64,000 nt of DNA from an uncultured Prevotellaceae bacterium. Its GTDB lineage: Bacteria > Bacteroidota > Bacteroidia > Bacteroidales > Bacteroidaceae. Where the stretch lies: NCBI GenBank assembly GCA_902774795.1, contig CACYKA010000007.1, positions 1,338 through 65,337 on the forward strand. The letters are read 5' to 3'. Positions 51,923 to 62,621 of the stretch are shown piece by piece (positions within the stretch are counted from its first letter, which is position 1; each line of letters opens with the position of its first letter). Made by a program: the position numbers and the translations under genes. The notes under the pieces are model-generated. The model saw only the letters and a program-made list of their open reading frames with translations, did not search any database and had not been told where the DNA came from.

Positions 51923-52108
51923 ATGGCACATCCTAAAAGAAGACAGTCAAAGACTCGTACTCTCAAGCGTCGTACTCATGACAAGGCAGTAGCTCCAACA
52001 CTGGCTATCTGTCCTAATTGTGGTGCTTACTACGTTTACCACACAGTATGTCCTACATGCGGTCAGTATCGCGGAAAGCAGGCTATTGAACAAGCAGAAG
52101 AGGCATGA
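51923..52108 (+). CDS. rpmF: 50S ribosomal protein L32 (Zn-binding form)
   Basis: MAHPKRRQSK with CPNC and CPTC. Confidence 0.96.
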   Translation: MAHPKRRQSKTRTLKRRTHDKAVAPTLAICPNCGAYYVYHTVCPTCGQYRGKQAIEQAEEA

Positions 52109-53118
52109 GTAAAGTAAATGCTGTTATAAAAGGCATAGGCGGCTACGTACCTGAATACATCCTTACCAACGAGGAACTCTCACGAATGGTTGAAACCAAC
52201 GACGAGTGGATATACACTCGCGTAGGAATCAAGGAGAGACGTATCCTCAACGAGGAAGGACTGGGTTCTGCCTATCTGGCACGTAAAGCCTGTCGTGAGT
52301 TGTTAGCCAAGACACAGGTCGATCCTCAGACTATCGACTGCGTCATCTGCGCTACCACAACTTCCGACTACCATTTCCCATCAAATGCCTCCATAATAAT
52401 TGGCAAGCTCGGCTTGAAGCATGCTCACGGCTTCGATGTATCGTGCGCGTGCTGCGGGTTCCTTTATATTCTTGATATGGCATCGGCGATGATACAGTCA
52501 GGACGCTACCAGAGGATTATCTGCGTGGCTGCTGAGAAGATGTCATCAATGGTTGACTATCAGGATCGTCAGACATGTGTACTCTTCGGCGACGGTGCAG
52601 GAGCAGTATTGCTCGAGGCTACCGAGGAAGAGGGTGTCGGATTCCAGGATTCATTCCTCAGGACCGACGGTTTGGGACTTCCGTTCCTTCACATGAAGGC
52701 CGGTGGTTCCGTTTGCCCTGCCTCTCACTATACCGTTGACCACAGAATGCACTATGTCTATCAGGAGGGACGCACCGTGTTTCGCTATGCCGTAACATCT
52801 ATGGCCGACGACATCACGGAGATAATGAAGCGTAACAACCTTACGCAGGACGATGTCAACTGGCTCGTACCACACGAGGCAAACATGCGCATCATCGAGG
52901 CTGTCACAAAACGTCTCGAAACCCCGATGGAGAAGGTTCTCGTGAACATAGAGCATTACGGAAACACCAGCGCCGCCTCTATTGCGCTTGCCCTTTGGGA
53001 CTTTGAGAAAAAGCTCAAGAAGGGCGACAATGTCCTCCTTACTGCATTCGGAGCAGGCTTCGTACACGGAGCAAGCTTCTACAAATGGGGATATGATGGA
53101 GACAAAGTAGGTAAATAA
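52105..53118 (+). CDS. fabH: Beta-ketoacyl-ACP synthase III
   Basis: ACCGF, FGDGAGA, PHEAN and GNTS motifs. Confidence 0.94.
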   Translation: MSKVNAVIKGIGGYVPEYILTNEELSRMVETNDEWIYTRVGIKERRILNEEGLGSAYLARKACRELLAKTQVDPQTIDCVICATTTSDYHFPSNASIIIGKLGLKHAHGFDVSCACCGFLYILDMASAMIQSGRYQRIICVAAEKMSSMVDYQDRQTCVLFGDGAGAVLLEATEEEGVGFQDSFLRTDGLGLPFLHMKAGGSVCPASHYTVDHRMHYVYQEGRTVFRYAVTSMADDITEIMKRNNLTQDDVNWLVPHEANMRIIEAVTKRLETPMEKVLVNIEHYGNTSAASIALALWDFEKKLKKGDNVLLTAFGAGFVHGASFYKWGYDGDKVGK

Positions 53119-53999
53119 TGCATAAAGCAGGATTTGTAAATATCGTTGGCAACCCCAACGTCGGAAAGAGTACGCTCATGAACCAATTGGTTGGTGAGCG
53201 TATTTCTATTGCGACCTTCAAGGCGCAGACCACAAGGCACCGCATCATGGGAATAGTCAATACCCCAGAGATGCAGATAGTATTCTCCGATACCCCTGGA
53301 GTAATAAAGCCTAACTATAAACTGCAGGAGTCGATGCTTGCATTCTCAGAGTCTGCCCTGGACGATGCCGACGTGCTGCTTTATGTCACCGACGTCATCG
53401 AAGACCCCGAGAAGAACAGGGATTTCCTTGACAAAGTCGCAAAGATGAGTCAGCCGGTTCTGCTGCTCATAAACAAGATTGACCTTTCAAACAACAACGA
53501 CCTGGGCGCTGTCGTGGATAAATGGCACAGCATACTGCCCAATGCCGAGATACTGCCCATATCGGCCAAGAACAAGTTCGGCACGGACATACTGCTGAAC
53601 CGCATCAAGGACCTGCTGCCCGACTCCCCACCCTTCTTCGACAAGGAACAGTTGACGGACAAGCCTGCACGCTTCTTCGTTACTGAGATTATCCGCGAAA
53701 AGATACTCCTATACTACGACAAGGAAATCCCCTACTCCGTCGAGGTACAATGCGACTCGTTCAAGGAAGATGAGAACCGCATCCACATCATGGTAACAAT
53801 CTTTGTGGAGAGGGAGTCACAGAAGGGCATCATCATCGGCCATCAGGGTGTGGCCATTAAGAAGGTCAGCACCGAGGCCCGCAAATCACTTGAGAAATTT
53901 TTCGACAAGAAAATCTATCTTGAAACTTTTGTCAAGGTAGATAAAGACTGGCGCTCCAGCGACAAAGAGCTCAACGCCTTCGGATATAATCCGAAGTAA
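53118..53999 (+). CDS. era: GTPase Era
   Basis: GNPNVGKST, DTPG, NKID and KH domain. Confidence 0.96.
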   Translation: MHKAGFVNIVGNPNVGKSTLMNQLVGERISIATFKAQTTRHRIMGIVNTPEMQIVFSDTPGVIKPNYKLQESMLAFSESALDDADVLLYVTDVIEDPEKNRDFLDKVAKMSQPVLLLINKIDLSNNNDLGAVVDKWHSILPNAEILPISAKNKFGTDILLNRIKDLLPDSPPFFDKEQLTDKPARFFVTEIIREKILLYYDKEIPYSVEVQCDSFKEDENRIHIMVTIFVERESQKGIIIGHQGVAIKKVSTEARKSLEKFFDKKIYLETFVKVDKDWRSSDKELNAFGYNPK

Positions 54000-54093
54000 A
54001 GTTTAAAGTTTATAGTTTAAAGTTTAAAGTTTACGGTTTCCCTCTCACTCCCCTCTTTCACTCCCCTCTCACTCCCTTCTCACTCCCCTCTCA
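53997..54093. repeat. Converging heptamer array (from the era TAA) and 11-mer array (from the TGA of the opposing gene)
   Basis: Six taaagtt-type units, then tcactccc(c/t)tc x4. Confidence 0.9.
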
Positions 54094-55797
54094 GAGCGCA
54101 TACTGCGCTCCTACCACTAAAGCGCGGTTGCCTGTTTTTTGGCCGGCGATGTTACGGAAGTCGGCATAGACGTTAAGGTGCCTGTTGAAGAAATGGCTCA
54201 GACGGGCTGAAGCGTAGAAATTCGGAGTGCAAAGTTCCATTTCTCTGTTGCTGATATAGAGCACGGTGGCGGTGAAACGGGTGTTCCTGGTGATATTCAG
54301 CGACGGCATACACTTCAGCTGATAGAAATTGTAGTTAGTCTTATACATCCCTGTGTCTCCCCTGTCGTGCCTGTGGCTGAAGGCTGCTCCGAGGGTGAGG
54401 CGCATAATGCCCTGATGCCACATTGCGCTTGACTCTACGGTGAACAGGCTATAGTTGCCAGCCGGTACCTCTGTGAAGTTAGCATTGTTGATACCACCCA
54501 TGAGAACGAGATTCTTTCCCTGATAGGTGTATTTCAGTTCAGTCACATAAGCCAGCTGACGACCAACGTCATTGCTGTATATGTAGCGCTTTCCGTCGGG
54601 GTCTCTCTCATAGAACAAATCTATCAACGGTATTACGTATCTGTGTGCAAAGGTACCCTGAACGGTGTGCTTGCTACCGAATGTATATCCCACGCTGCCG
54701 ACATAGCCATGATGATTGCCGGAGTGGTGCCACAGATTCTGTTCCTCTACGTCATAAGGCTTTTGCCAGTAAGTCATGATGCGATATCTGTCGCCCAGGG
54801 TGAAGAACCAAGGGCCGTGTTTGTAGTCGAACTGCACATATAAGTCATTATACATCGTCTGTGTCCGCTCGACGCCATGATACAAGGTGTTCGTATAGCC
54901 GTCCTCTGTACCTACGAGGAGCCACGCCTTGTGACTCAGTACAGGGATATTGGACTCCAAGAGTAAGTAGGTGGAATTGACCATCTCCTTGGATTTGTAG
55001 TCAAAGTTGTCGCGGTAGTCGTTGTTGACGTTGGCATATCCAGTCTCAACATAGAGGTTAGCACCTTTGTCGTTGAAAGTGCGAACGTATGTGGTATTGA
55101 AGACAACGTCACGCTCTATGGAAGCAAGAGCTATCTCGTCAGGGAGGTAAAAGCGGTCCTTGCAGTCGCTCACGCCCTGTGCCAGATTGAACTGTATGCT
55201 GTCTCTCTCCGTTATCTGCCACTTGGCACTCAGACGCAGGTTCTCGATGGCACTGCGTGTGGTCTCCTTGCCTATTACCTGTTGAATACTCCTGTATTTG
55301 GTGGTACCAACTGCCGTTGCTGAGAGGGTGAGATGTTTCTCGTAGTTGTGGCGCACCATATCAGAATATACACGTGCGCTGCCATAAGTGCTTCCCTGTG
55401 CTGCGACCTTACTCTCTGCAGCACTGTTGCGATACCTGACATCGATGACGCCCTTGGTGCCGTCGGTACCCTTTGACGCTACGGTTTGAGTGCATATTTG
55501 CACAGTACCCAGTTCTCGTGCCTTGGTGTGGTAGAGGAAAGCCTCCCTGTCGATGTTGATGTTGATATTGTCAATACGGATGGCATACATCGACAATACG
55601 TCGGTGTCATCCCATGAAACAAACTCCGGACACAGCATGAGGACCTCCATGAGCGACTCGTCGCCGTCGAGGTCAAGTTCATCAACGTGGATGACATAAC
55701 GGTCTCCACGATGTTCAATAGCTTCTGCATTGACATCAGAGCAGAAGACCACTCCAAATAGAGTGATAGCCAGGCTTAACAGCCAGTTTTTCGTCAT
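54091..55797 (-). CDS. Outer-membrane beta-barrel with a plug-like N-terminus (TonB-dependent-like)
   Basis: Signal peptide, GVIDV plug-end motif, alternating beta strands, ends GAQYAL. Confidence 0.55.
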   Translation of the reverse strand: MTKNWLLSLAITLFGVVFCSDVNAEAIEHRGDRYVIHVDELDLDGDESLMEVLMLCPEFVSWDDTDVLSMYAIRIDNININIDREAFLYHTKARELGTVQICTQTVASKGTDGTKGVIDVRYRNSAAESKVAAQGSTYGSARVYSDMVRHNYEKHLTLSATAVGTTKYRSIQQVIGKETTRSAIENLRLSAKWQITERDSIQFNLAQGVSDCKDRFYLPDEIALASIERDVVFNTTYVRTFNDKGANLYVETGYANVNNDYRDNFDYKSKEMVNSTYLLLESNIPVLSHKAWLLVGTEDGYTNTLYHGVERTQTMYNDLYVQFDYKHGPWFFTLGDRYRIMTYWQKPYDVEEQNLWHHSGNHHGYVGSVGYTFGSKHTVQGTFAHRYVIPLIDLFYERDPDGKRYIYSNDVGRQLAYVTELKYTYQGKNLVLMGGINNANFTEVPAGNYSLFTVESSAMWHQGIMRLTLGAAFSHRHDRGDTGMYKTNYNFYQLKCMPSLNITRNTRFTATVLYISNREMELCTPNFYASARLSHFFNRHLNVYADFRNIAGQKTGNRALVVGAQYAL

Positions 55798-55809
55798 TTT
55801 TGTGTGTTT

Positions 55810-56247
55810 TTATCTAATATACCAGATGTCGTTCTTCAATACCATAGGAACGACGATTTCTTCTTTTGTACTGTCGGCAAAGCCCAGGGAGAGATATGCC
55901 TGAGCTACAATCTCCTTTACTGCCTCCGGCTCATTTGCCACTCTCAACTTTATGGTATCGACAGTGGCACGCAGGGGCTTAACGGACTTGATGCCACGAT
56001 GCTCGGTTTGCATGCGCTCCATGAACATCTGAGCATTAAGGAGCATCTGCGACTTATAGACCTCAGGAACAGAATCCTGTCCCATCAGGGAGCCTTCAAC
56101 AAAACTGTTGTAATCGCCTGCGACAAGCTGCTCATAATACTTCTGGGCAGTTGTCAGGGCACGCTTCTCCTGACTAACCTCTGAAGAGCATGCCGCCAAT
56201 ATCATAAAAGAAATAAAGAAACCAAAAAAGGCTAAGTGCTTTCTCAT
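55810..56247 (-). CDS. Hypothetical lipoprotein
   Basis: Lipobox LAAC and NTF2-like C-terminus (EEIVVPMV..WY). Confidence 0.65.
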   Translation of the reverse strand: MRKHLAFFGFFISFMILAACSSEVSQEKRALTTAQKYYEQLVAGDYNSFVEGSLMGQDSVPEVYKSQMLLNAQMFMERMQTEHRGIKSVKPLRATVDTIKLRVANEPEAVKEIVAQAYLSLGFADSTKEEIVVPMVLKNDIWYIR

Positions 56248-57561
56248 TTATTTCTGACGTATAAATATATTAATAGGTGTTCCTGTCAAGGTCCAGTGGT
56301 CGCGAATCTGATTCTCAAGGAAGCGCTTGTACTGTTCCTTCACATACTGCGGAAGGTTGGCATAGAAGACAAATGTCGGTATCTGGGTATCAGGCACCTG
56401 GGTGCAGTATTTGATTTTGATATACTTACCCTTGATGCTTGGCGGCGGTGTTGCCTCAATAATTGGCAGCATGACCTCATTTATCTTGCTCGTGCCGATG
56501 CGCACCTTACGGTTCAGATATACTTCCTTGGCTGTCTCAAGCACCTTGAAGATGCGCTGCTTTGTGAGTGCCGAAGCGAAGATGATGGGGAAATCGACGA
56601 ACGGTGCCATCCTCTCCCTGATAGCTGACGTGAAGGTGTCTATGACTTTCTGGTCCTTGTTCTCGACAAGGTCCCACTTGTTTACGACAACGACCAGCGA
56701 CTTCCTGTTCTTCTGAATCAGCTGGAAGATATTCATATCCTGCGCCTCGATTCCTCGCGTTGCATCAATCATGAGGATGCAGACGTCGCTGTTCTCAATG
56801 GCGCGGATGCTTCTCATCACGCTGTAGAACTCAAGGTTCTCGCTGACCTTGTTCTTCCTACGGATGCCGGCAGTATCGACCAGATAGAAGTCGAAGCCGA
56901 ACTTGTCGTACCTTGTATATATAGAGTCGCGTGTAGTCCCCGCCACATCGGTAACGATATTCCTGTCTTCACCGATGAAAGCGTTGATAATGCTTGATTT
57001 TCCGACGTTAGGCCTTCCGACAACAGCGAAACGGGGGATATTCTCCTCCACCTCGCCCTTCTTGTCGAAGGACAGTTTCTCGATAATCATATCGAGCAGG
57101 TCGCCAGTTCCGAATCCTGAAACGGCAGACACACATATGGGCTCTCCCAAACCCAGTCTGTAGAAATCGGCAGCATAGTATTGCTGGTCGTTATTGTCCG
57201 TCTTGTTGGACACGAGGATGACGGGCAGCTTTGTCTTGCGAAGTATCTGTGCGACATCGCTGTCGAGGTCGGTCACTCCCGTCTGGACATCGACGAGGAA
57301 CAGCACGAGGTCGGCCTCTTCTGTTGCAATCTTCACCTGGTCACGGATAGCCTCCTCGAAGATATCGTCGGAGTTTACCACCCAGCCGCCAGTGTCAACG
57401 ACAGAGAACACCTTGCCGTTCCATTCGCACTTACCATATTGCCTGTCACGCGTAGTGCCGGCAACATCACTTACGATAGCATGACGTGTCTTCGTCAACC
57501 TGTTGAACAATGTTGACTTGCCGACATTCGGTCTTCCTACTATAGCTACAAGATTTCCCAT
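56248..57561 (-). CDS. der: Ribosome biogenesis GTPase Der
   Basis: Two GRPNVGKS GTPase domains. Confidence 0.96.
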   Translation of the reverse strand: MGNLVAIVGRPNVGKSTLFNRLTKTRHAIVSDVAGTTRDRQYGKCEWNGKVFSVVDTGGWVVNSDDIFEEAIRDQVKIATEEADLVLFLVDVQTGVTDLDSDVAQILRKTKLPVILVSNKTDNNDQQYYAADFYRLGLGEPICVSAVSGFGTGDLLDMIIEKLSFDKKGEVEENIPRFAVVGRPNVGKSSIINAFIGEDRNIVTDVAGTTRDSIYTRYDKFGFDFYLVDTAGIRRKNKVSENLEFYSVMRSIRAIENSDVCILMIDATRGIEAQDMNIFQLIQKNRKSLVVVVNKWDLVENKDQKVIDTFTSAIRERMAPFVDFPIIFASALTKQRIFKVLETAKEVYLNRKVRIGTSKINEVMLPIIEATPPPSIKGKYIKIKYCTQVPDTQIPTFVFYANLPQYVKEQYKRFLENQIRDHWTLTGTPINIFIRQK

Positions 57562-57576
57562 GAAAAAGATATTTCC

Positions 57577-57612
57577 AAAAAGGGGAGGTACCTAAAAAGC
57601 ACCTCTCCCTTT
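57577..57612 (-). terminator. Intrinsic terminator after mdh
   Basis: Minus strand aaagggagaggt..acctcccc followed by T5. Confidence 0.7.
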
Positions 57613-57636
57613 ATCATAGTTATTTCCTTATTAATA

Positions 57637-58629
57637 TTAAAGATTAGGATTAAGCTCCTTCCACTTGTCAATCTCCGGAATGATACCGAGAGTTACCAGT
57701 TCGTCGCGCATCTTCTGCAGGTGCTCGTAAGACGATGTCAGGGCTGCCATTTCCTCAGCTGTTCCTTCTGGAGCGGTATAATGCACGCCAGTGGTGTCGA
57801 TAGTGGTAGGCATAGCCATCATAACATTCTTATAGCCGCACTTGTCGCAGTTAACGTAGCAACCGGCAGGCAGAGTGAATGGCTCACCGCCCATAGCGCC
57901 CTCAATCATCTTCACAGCCTGATAAGCTGGACTCTGGAATGAAGAACGTCCACGGAGCTTGATGATGTTAGAACCACCCTGGATAGTGTTGTGCTTAATC
58001 TCCTCCCAACGCTCTGGAGAGATAGTGAACTCAGAGAGTGGCTTGCCGTCAATCTGCACCTTAGAAGCGAAGACTGCCATCTGCTCACCGTGACCGCCGT
58101 AGGTATGAGCGCCAGTCACCTTATCCTGCTGCACGCCGAACTCCATAGCGAGCTGCTGCTGCAGACGGGTAGAGTCGAGAGCTGCGAGAGATGTCATCTG
58201 ATTTGGCTTCAAACCTGAGTGAATCAGAGCTGTCAGGGCTGTTACGTCAGCAGGGTTGAAGATAACCACTACATGCTTAACGTCAGGGCAGTATTCCTTG
58301 ATGAAATCGCCGAACTGAGCAGCAATCTGACAGTTACCCTTAAGCAGGTCCTCACGTGTCATGCCCTCCTTACGTGGAGCGCCGCCTGAAGAGATGATAT
58401 ACTTAGCACCGGTAAATGCCTCTTTTGGGTCAACGGTCCAAGTGATGTTTGCTCCAGGGAAAGCACAATGTGCCATCTCGTCTGCCACACCATGAACGCC
58501 TGGCTCATAGATATCATACAGACACACGTTTGGAGTCAGACCCAGCATCAGAACTGACTGAACCATGTTAGAGCCAATCATGCCGCCGGCTCCAACAATC
58601 AAAAGCTTTTCATTTGTTACAAATTTCAT
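57637..58629 (-). CDS. mdh: Malate dehydrogenase
   Basis: GAGGMIG, PRKEGMTREDL, NPAD and GGHGE motifs. Confidence 0.9.
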   Translation of the reverse strand: MKFVTNEKLLIVGAGGMIGSNMVQSVLMLGLTPNVCLYDIYEPGVHGVADEMAHCAFPGANITWTVDPKEAFTGAKYIISSGGAPRKEGMTREDLLKGNCQIAAQFGDFIKEYCPDVKHVVVIFNPADVTALTALIHSGLKPNQMTSLAALDSTRLQQQLAMEFGVQQDKVTGAHTYGGHGEQMAVFASKVQIDGKPLSEFTISPERWEEIKHNTIQGGSNIIKLRGRSSFQSPAYQAVKMIEGAMGGEPFTLPAGCYVNCDKCGYKNVMMAMPTTIDTTGVHYTAPEGTAEEMAALTSSYEHLQKMRDELVTLGIIPEIDKWKELNPNL

Positions 58630-58692
58630 AATAACCGATATTTTTGATTATTGTATTCTATCCCCTCCCCTTTCGGGAGGTTTCATTTACTT

Positions 58693-59481
58693 TTACTTCA
58701 GCATTTCTGCACGAGCCTTCTCAATCTGAGGTCTCATCTTCTCAAGCTGCTCCTTGAACTGATCTACGCTGATAGCGTTCAGCTCATTCAGTGGTGCGAG
58801 GATGTCAACCAGACCCTTGATGTTTGGATCGTATGTAGCCAGGTCGTCAAGAGCGAGCTTCAGCACAGCGATGTGATAAGTCATGTCAGATGCTGTCTGG
58901 TCGTCGAATGCCTGGATGAACTTCTCCTGATTCTGCGAGATAACATAGAAAGTCTCGATGAGACCTGCTGCACTTGTCTCCCAGAAGAAATTGATTCTTC
59001 CAGCTTCCTTCTCAGCCTCGTAGAAAGCCTTGGCGTCAGACATATCACCGTTAGCAGCTGTCTGCAGAGCGTTGTCGTTCACGTCAGTTGCAATCTTTGT
59101 GATAGCAGCGGTGTAAGCGTCAGTATCCATCTTGTAGAGAGAAGCAACCTTCTTGTCAACAACGAGCATACCCATTGCACGATACTTCTGAGAGAGCAGA
59201 GACATATCGTCAGCAATATTTGCAGGATGCAGATAGTTTGGCTTAACCTTCAGTTCGTCCTCAGACAACTGAATCTTACCATTAGCGAAGATACCGTCAA
59301 CAGGACCGAGCTTGTGCCACTGGTCAACGATAGAGTCGAGCTCTACCATGATCTTCTCCTCAATCTGAGACTGTTCGAATGAAACAGAGTCACTAGCATT
59401 CTGATTGGCTGCAGTCTTATTACCACAAGAAGCAAGCACCATAGCTGCAAAGGCAGCAATTACAAAAGAAAACTTTTTCAT
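58693..59481 (-). CDS. Hypothetical helical lipoprotein
   Basis: Lipobox LASC; codon usage resembles neighbouring mdh. Confidence 0.7.
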   Translation of the reverse strand: MKKFSFVIAAFAAMVLASCGNKTAANQNASDSVSFEQSQIEEKIMVELDSIVDQWHKLGPVDGIFANGKIQLSEDELKVKPNYLHPANIADDMSLLSQKYRAMGMLVVDKKVASLYKMDTDAYTAAITKIATDVNDNALQTAANGDMSDAKAFYEAEKEAGRINFFWETSAAGLIETFYVISQNQEKFIQAFDDQTASDMTYHIAVLKLALDDLATYDPNIKGLVDILAPLNELNAISVDQFKEQLEKMRPQIEKARAEMLK

Positions 59482-59518
59482 AATTAATGTGGTTAAAATT
59501 AATATTTTTTTTATCTAA

Positions 59519-62211
59519 TCAATCTTTTCTCATCCATTTTCCCGGAATATCGAGCAAGAGGCATGCTATCACGATGCAACACATCAGGAACATCACCTCC
59601 ATATTGAATGTGAGAGTCGAGAAGGCTACGTCACCCAAACGTTTCTCACTCGAATAGAACGGCGCATTACCATTTATGCTTCGCGGTGTGAGGTACACAA
59701 AACCTGCACGCGGCACGATGTGACCGTCAACGACCTCGCAAAGCTCCTTTGCACCATATCCGGCCAGCTGTTTCTCAAGCTGTATGTTTACATTGTCTCT
59801 CTTCAGCTGCTGCAATTTCTCTCGGCCATATTTGTTCACACGCTCCTGCAGCACCCTGTCGGCCGTAAGGGTTGCCTTGTTTCCGCGATCGCGAAGCACC
59901 TGCTCGGCACTGTCCAGATACTCCCTGACAGAGGCATAGTCGTATAGTCATTGCTAACATAGCTCGTGACAGCCAATGCCTCGTACGACCATCGCGACGG
60001 TATCACATTACCGATAAGGGGAACATTGCCCGTAGTGCTGTTCGGCGTCAGGTCTGTGAAGCTGACCACAAGGCCGCACAACAGGATTTGCGGTATTAAC
60101 AATACGGGAATACTGATATATATCGACACCACGGATGACAGGCTCTGAGACAGTACCAGACCTGTCAGATTGGCAAGTATGGCCGTCACCGCGAGTACGA
60201 ACCACCATAGGAAGAACTGTCCGCTGATGCCCATGATGAAATTGCCGACCAGCACAAAGAGGAACGTCTGGAGTATCGACACAAAGGCCATCAGCACTAT
60301 CTTCGACCATATATAGCTGCCGTATGACAGCTGCAGGAATTTCTCCCTCTTCAGCAAGGCGCGGTCTCTGATTATCTCCTCGGCAGAAGCAGACATACCG
60401 ACGAACGTTGCCACTATCACCGACATGAAGATAAACGACACGAGGTTCTTGTTCTGCATGATGCTGTACTCCTCTCCGGCAGGTGCATAGTGCGTCAACA
60501 GGGCACACACGCCAGCCAGCAGCGGAGCCTCCAACAGGGCTATTGCCAGGAACTGTCTGTTGCTGAGCTTTGTCTGGGCGCAACGTTTCATGAAGAGCAT
60601 GAACTGGGTCGCAGGGCTCGGCTTCTTCTGTTCCGTAACAGGCAGGGCCTTCGTTTTTACCGGCTCGAATTCCGGACGCCTCTCGATATACATATTATGC
60701 CAGGCAGCAGGCGACACCTTGCGCTCGTCAGAGAGCTGTCCCTTGCTGTCCATAGCACGCTCCTCGATAATGTTCAGCATTATCTCCGGATTGACGTTGC
60801 CGCAGGTAGGGCACGCGCTGGTTTCTGCATCAGCATAGTTGGCAGCCGTCTTGAAATATGTTATCGCCTCTATCGGATTGCCGTCAAAGACAGGATAGCC
60901 GCCACGGTCGAGCATCCACAGCCTGTCGAACAGCTTATAGACATCGCTTGAGGGCTGGTGGATATTGGTAATGACGAGCCTTCCGTGATAAGTCTGCTCC
61001 TTCAGAAGCAAGATTACCATTTCCGTATCAGAGGAAGACAAGCCCGATGTCGGCTCATCAAGGAACAGAACCTCGGGTTCCCTTATCAGCTCCAAGGCAA
61101 TATTCAAGCGCTTTCTCTGACCGCCCGAGATATATTTATTTATTGGAGAGCCGACCTTCAGGTCCTTTGCCTGCTCCAATCCCAAGTCGCGAAGCATCTT
61201 AATTACCCTGGAATTAATCTCTTCCTCGGTCATGCCTTCGAAGCACAGTTTCGCAGTATAATAAAGATTCTGATATACCGTCAGTTCCTCGATAAGCAGG
61301 TCATCCTGAGGCACAAAGCCTATCAGCGCCTTCGTCTCCGGTTCATCGATGCTATGGCCGTTTATCGTGATGGTACCCGATGACGGCTTGATATTTCCGT
61401 TGAGGATAGACACCAGCGTCGTCTTACCTGAGCCGGAGCCGCCCATAATGGCTATCAGCTCGCCATTGCGCAGGTCGAACGAGAAGTTATGGATGCCGTT
61501 ATTGCTGTTTGGATAAGAGAAGTTGATGTCGCGTCCTGAGAAGACAATCTCATTTTTCTTCTTGCGGGTACGATATTGCTCCATGATGATGGAGTAATAC
61601 AGCGGCTTTCCCTTGTGGTTGCGCAGTATGCCGGAGCTGTCCCACACCTGGAACATACCCTTGACAATAGGCACGCCGTTGTACTCTGCCGCATCCTCGC
61701 CGTCGTAGGTGAAGATGACGATGTTCATCTTCTCCAGCCACATAGTCTTGACCGGAGCGCTGAAACCGTCGAATTTTGTCAGCTTAACGTGCCTGGACTC
61801 AGTGCCCATCACATAGTGGGTGAACAGCTTCAAGAGGCTATCCGGCACGCCCATTCCCTTTGCCGCAGCAGTAAACAGCGGGTCATCAGGCTTGAACTGG
61901 TCGGGGGTCTTGGCGCAGCAGAATTCCATTAGACGCAACAGGCCGAGAGCACGCTCTTCCAGTGTTATCTCGCCCTTCAGGCTCTTGCAGATATTATCCA
62001 CAACATCCTGGGTGTTCATCTCAGGCATTTCCGCATAGAGATGGCGCAGTTCCAAGTAGAGATTGATATATTCCTCATGGTTGCGAATACCAAAATGCCT
62101 GCTGAGGTAAGCACTCAGCATATCTGAAGACACCCCTTCATCCACGTCCGTCTTAGAGCAGAACAGGGCGAAGAGGTTTGTTAAGGCTGATATGATTGTA
62201 TCTGTAACCAC
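59519..62211 (-). pseudogene. ABCG-like (NBD-TMD) transporter with a TerB-like N-terminus, frameshifted near 59940
   Basis: GGSGSGKTT, ISGGQRKR, IHQPS and ABC2 TMs. The C-terminus continues in another frame from a GACTATACGACTAT junction. Confidence 0.75.
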
Positions 62212-62364
62212 GTTTTATTTTATCTTTATTCACGTTTTGATTATTATTAATCACGCGGCAACAAAGGTACTAAAAAAAGTGGAGAGTGGACGTGAGAGAG
62301 GTCAGAGACGTCCTATTTTTAATTTTTTTTAACCAATATTACACTCCCCCCGTCGTCGCCGATT

Positions 62365-62404
62365 AGCCGCCGCGCACACCCCCGCACCCCTGCGTCGGCG
62401 GCAG
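62365..62404. repeat. GC-clamp repeat, minimal copy C
   Basis: agccgccgcgca, 14-nt loop, tgcgtcggcggcag. Confidence 0.85.
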
Positions 62405-62429
62405 TATTCGTATGTCCCGAAAGTAGTTG

Positions 62430-62477
62430 AATTAACCAATTAACCAATTAACCAATTAACCAATAAACCAATTAACC
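62430..62477. repeat. Octamer array AATTAACC x6
   Basis: aattaacc x4, aataaacc, aattaacc. Confidence 0.9.
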
Positions 62478-62534
62478 GATATATCAAATAAGAGTGCCCC
62501 TGCAATCTCTTTTATAAAGGTTAACGGTTAAAGA

Positions 62535-62574
62535 GAATGGCGCAGGATGCTTATTATTGCACTCTGCGCCATTC
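62535..62574 (-). terminator. Hairpin after the LRR gene, next to a heptamer array at 62574-62608
   Basis: gaatggcgcag/ctgcgccattc stem. Confidence 0.65.
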
Positions 62575-62621
62575 AACTATTATCTATTATCTATTAACTA
62601 TAAACTATGATGCCTTCTCCA

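Noticed and set aside
59836-59960. Programmed ribosomal frameshift
   Set aside because: No slippery heptamer, and the junction looks like a deletion.
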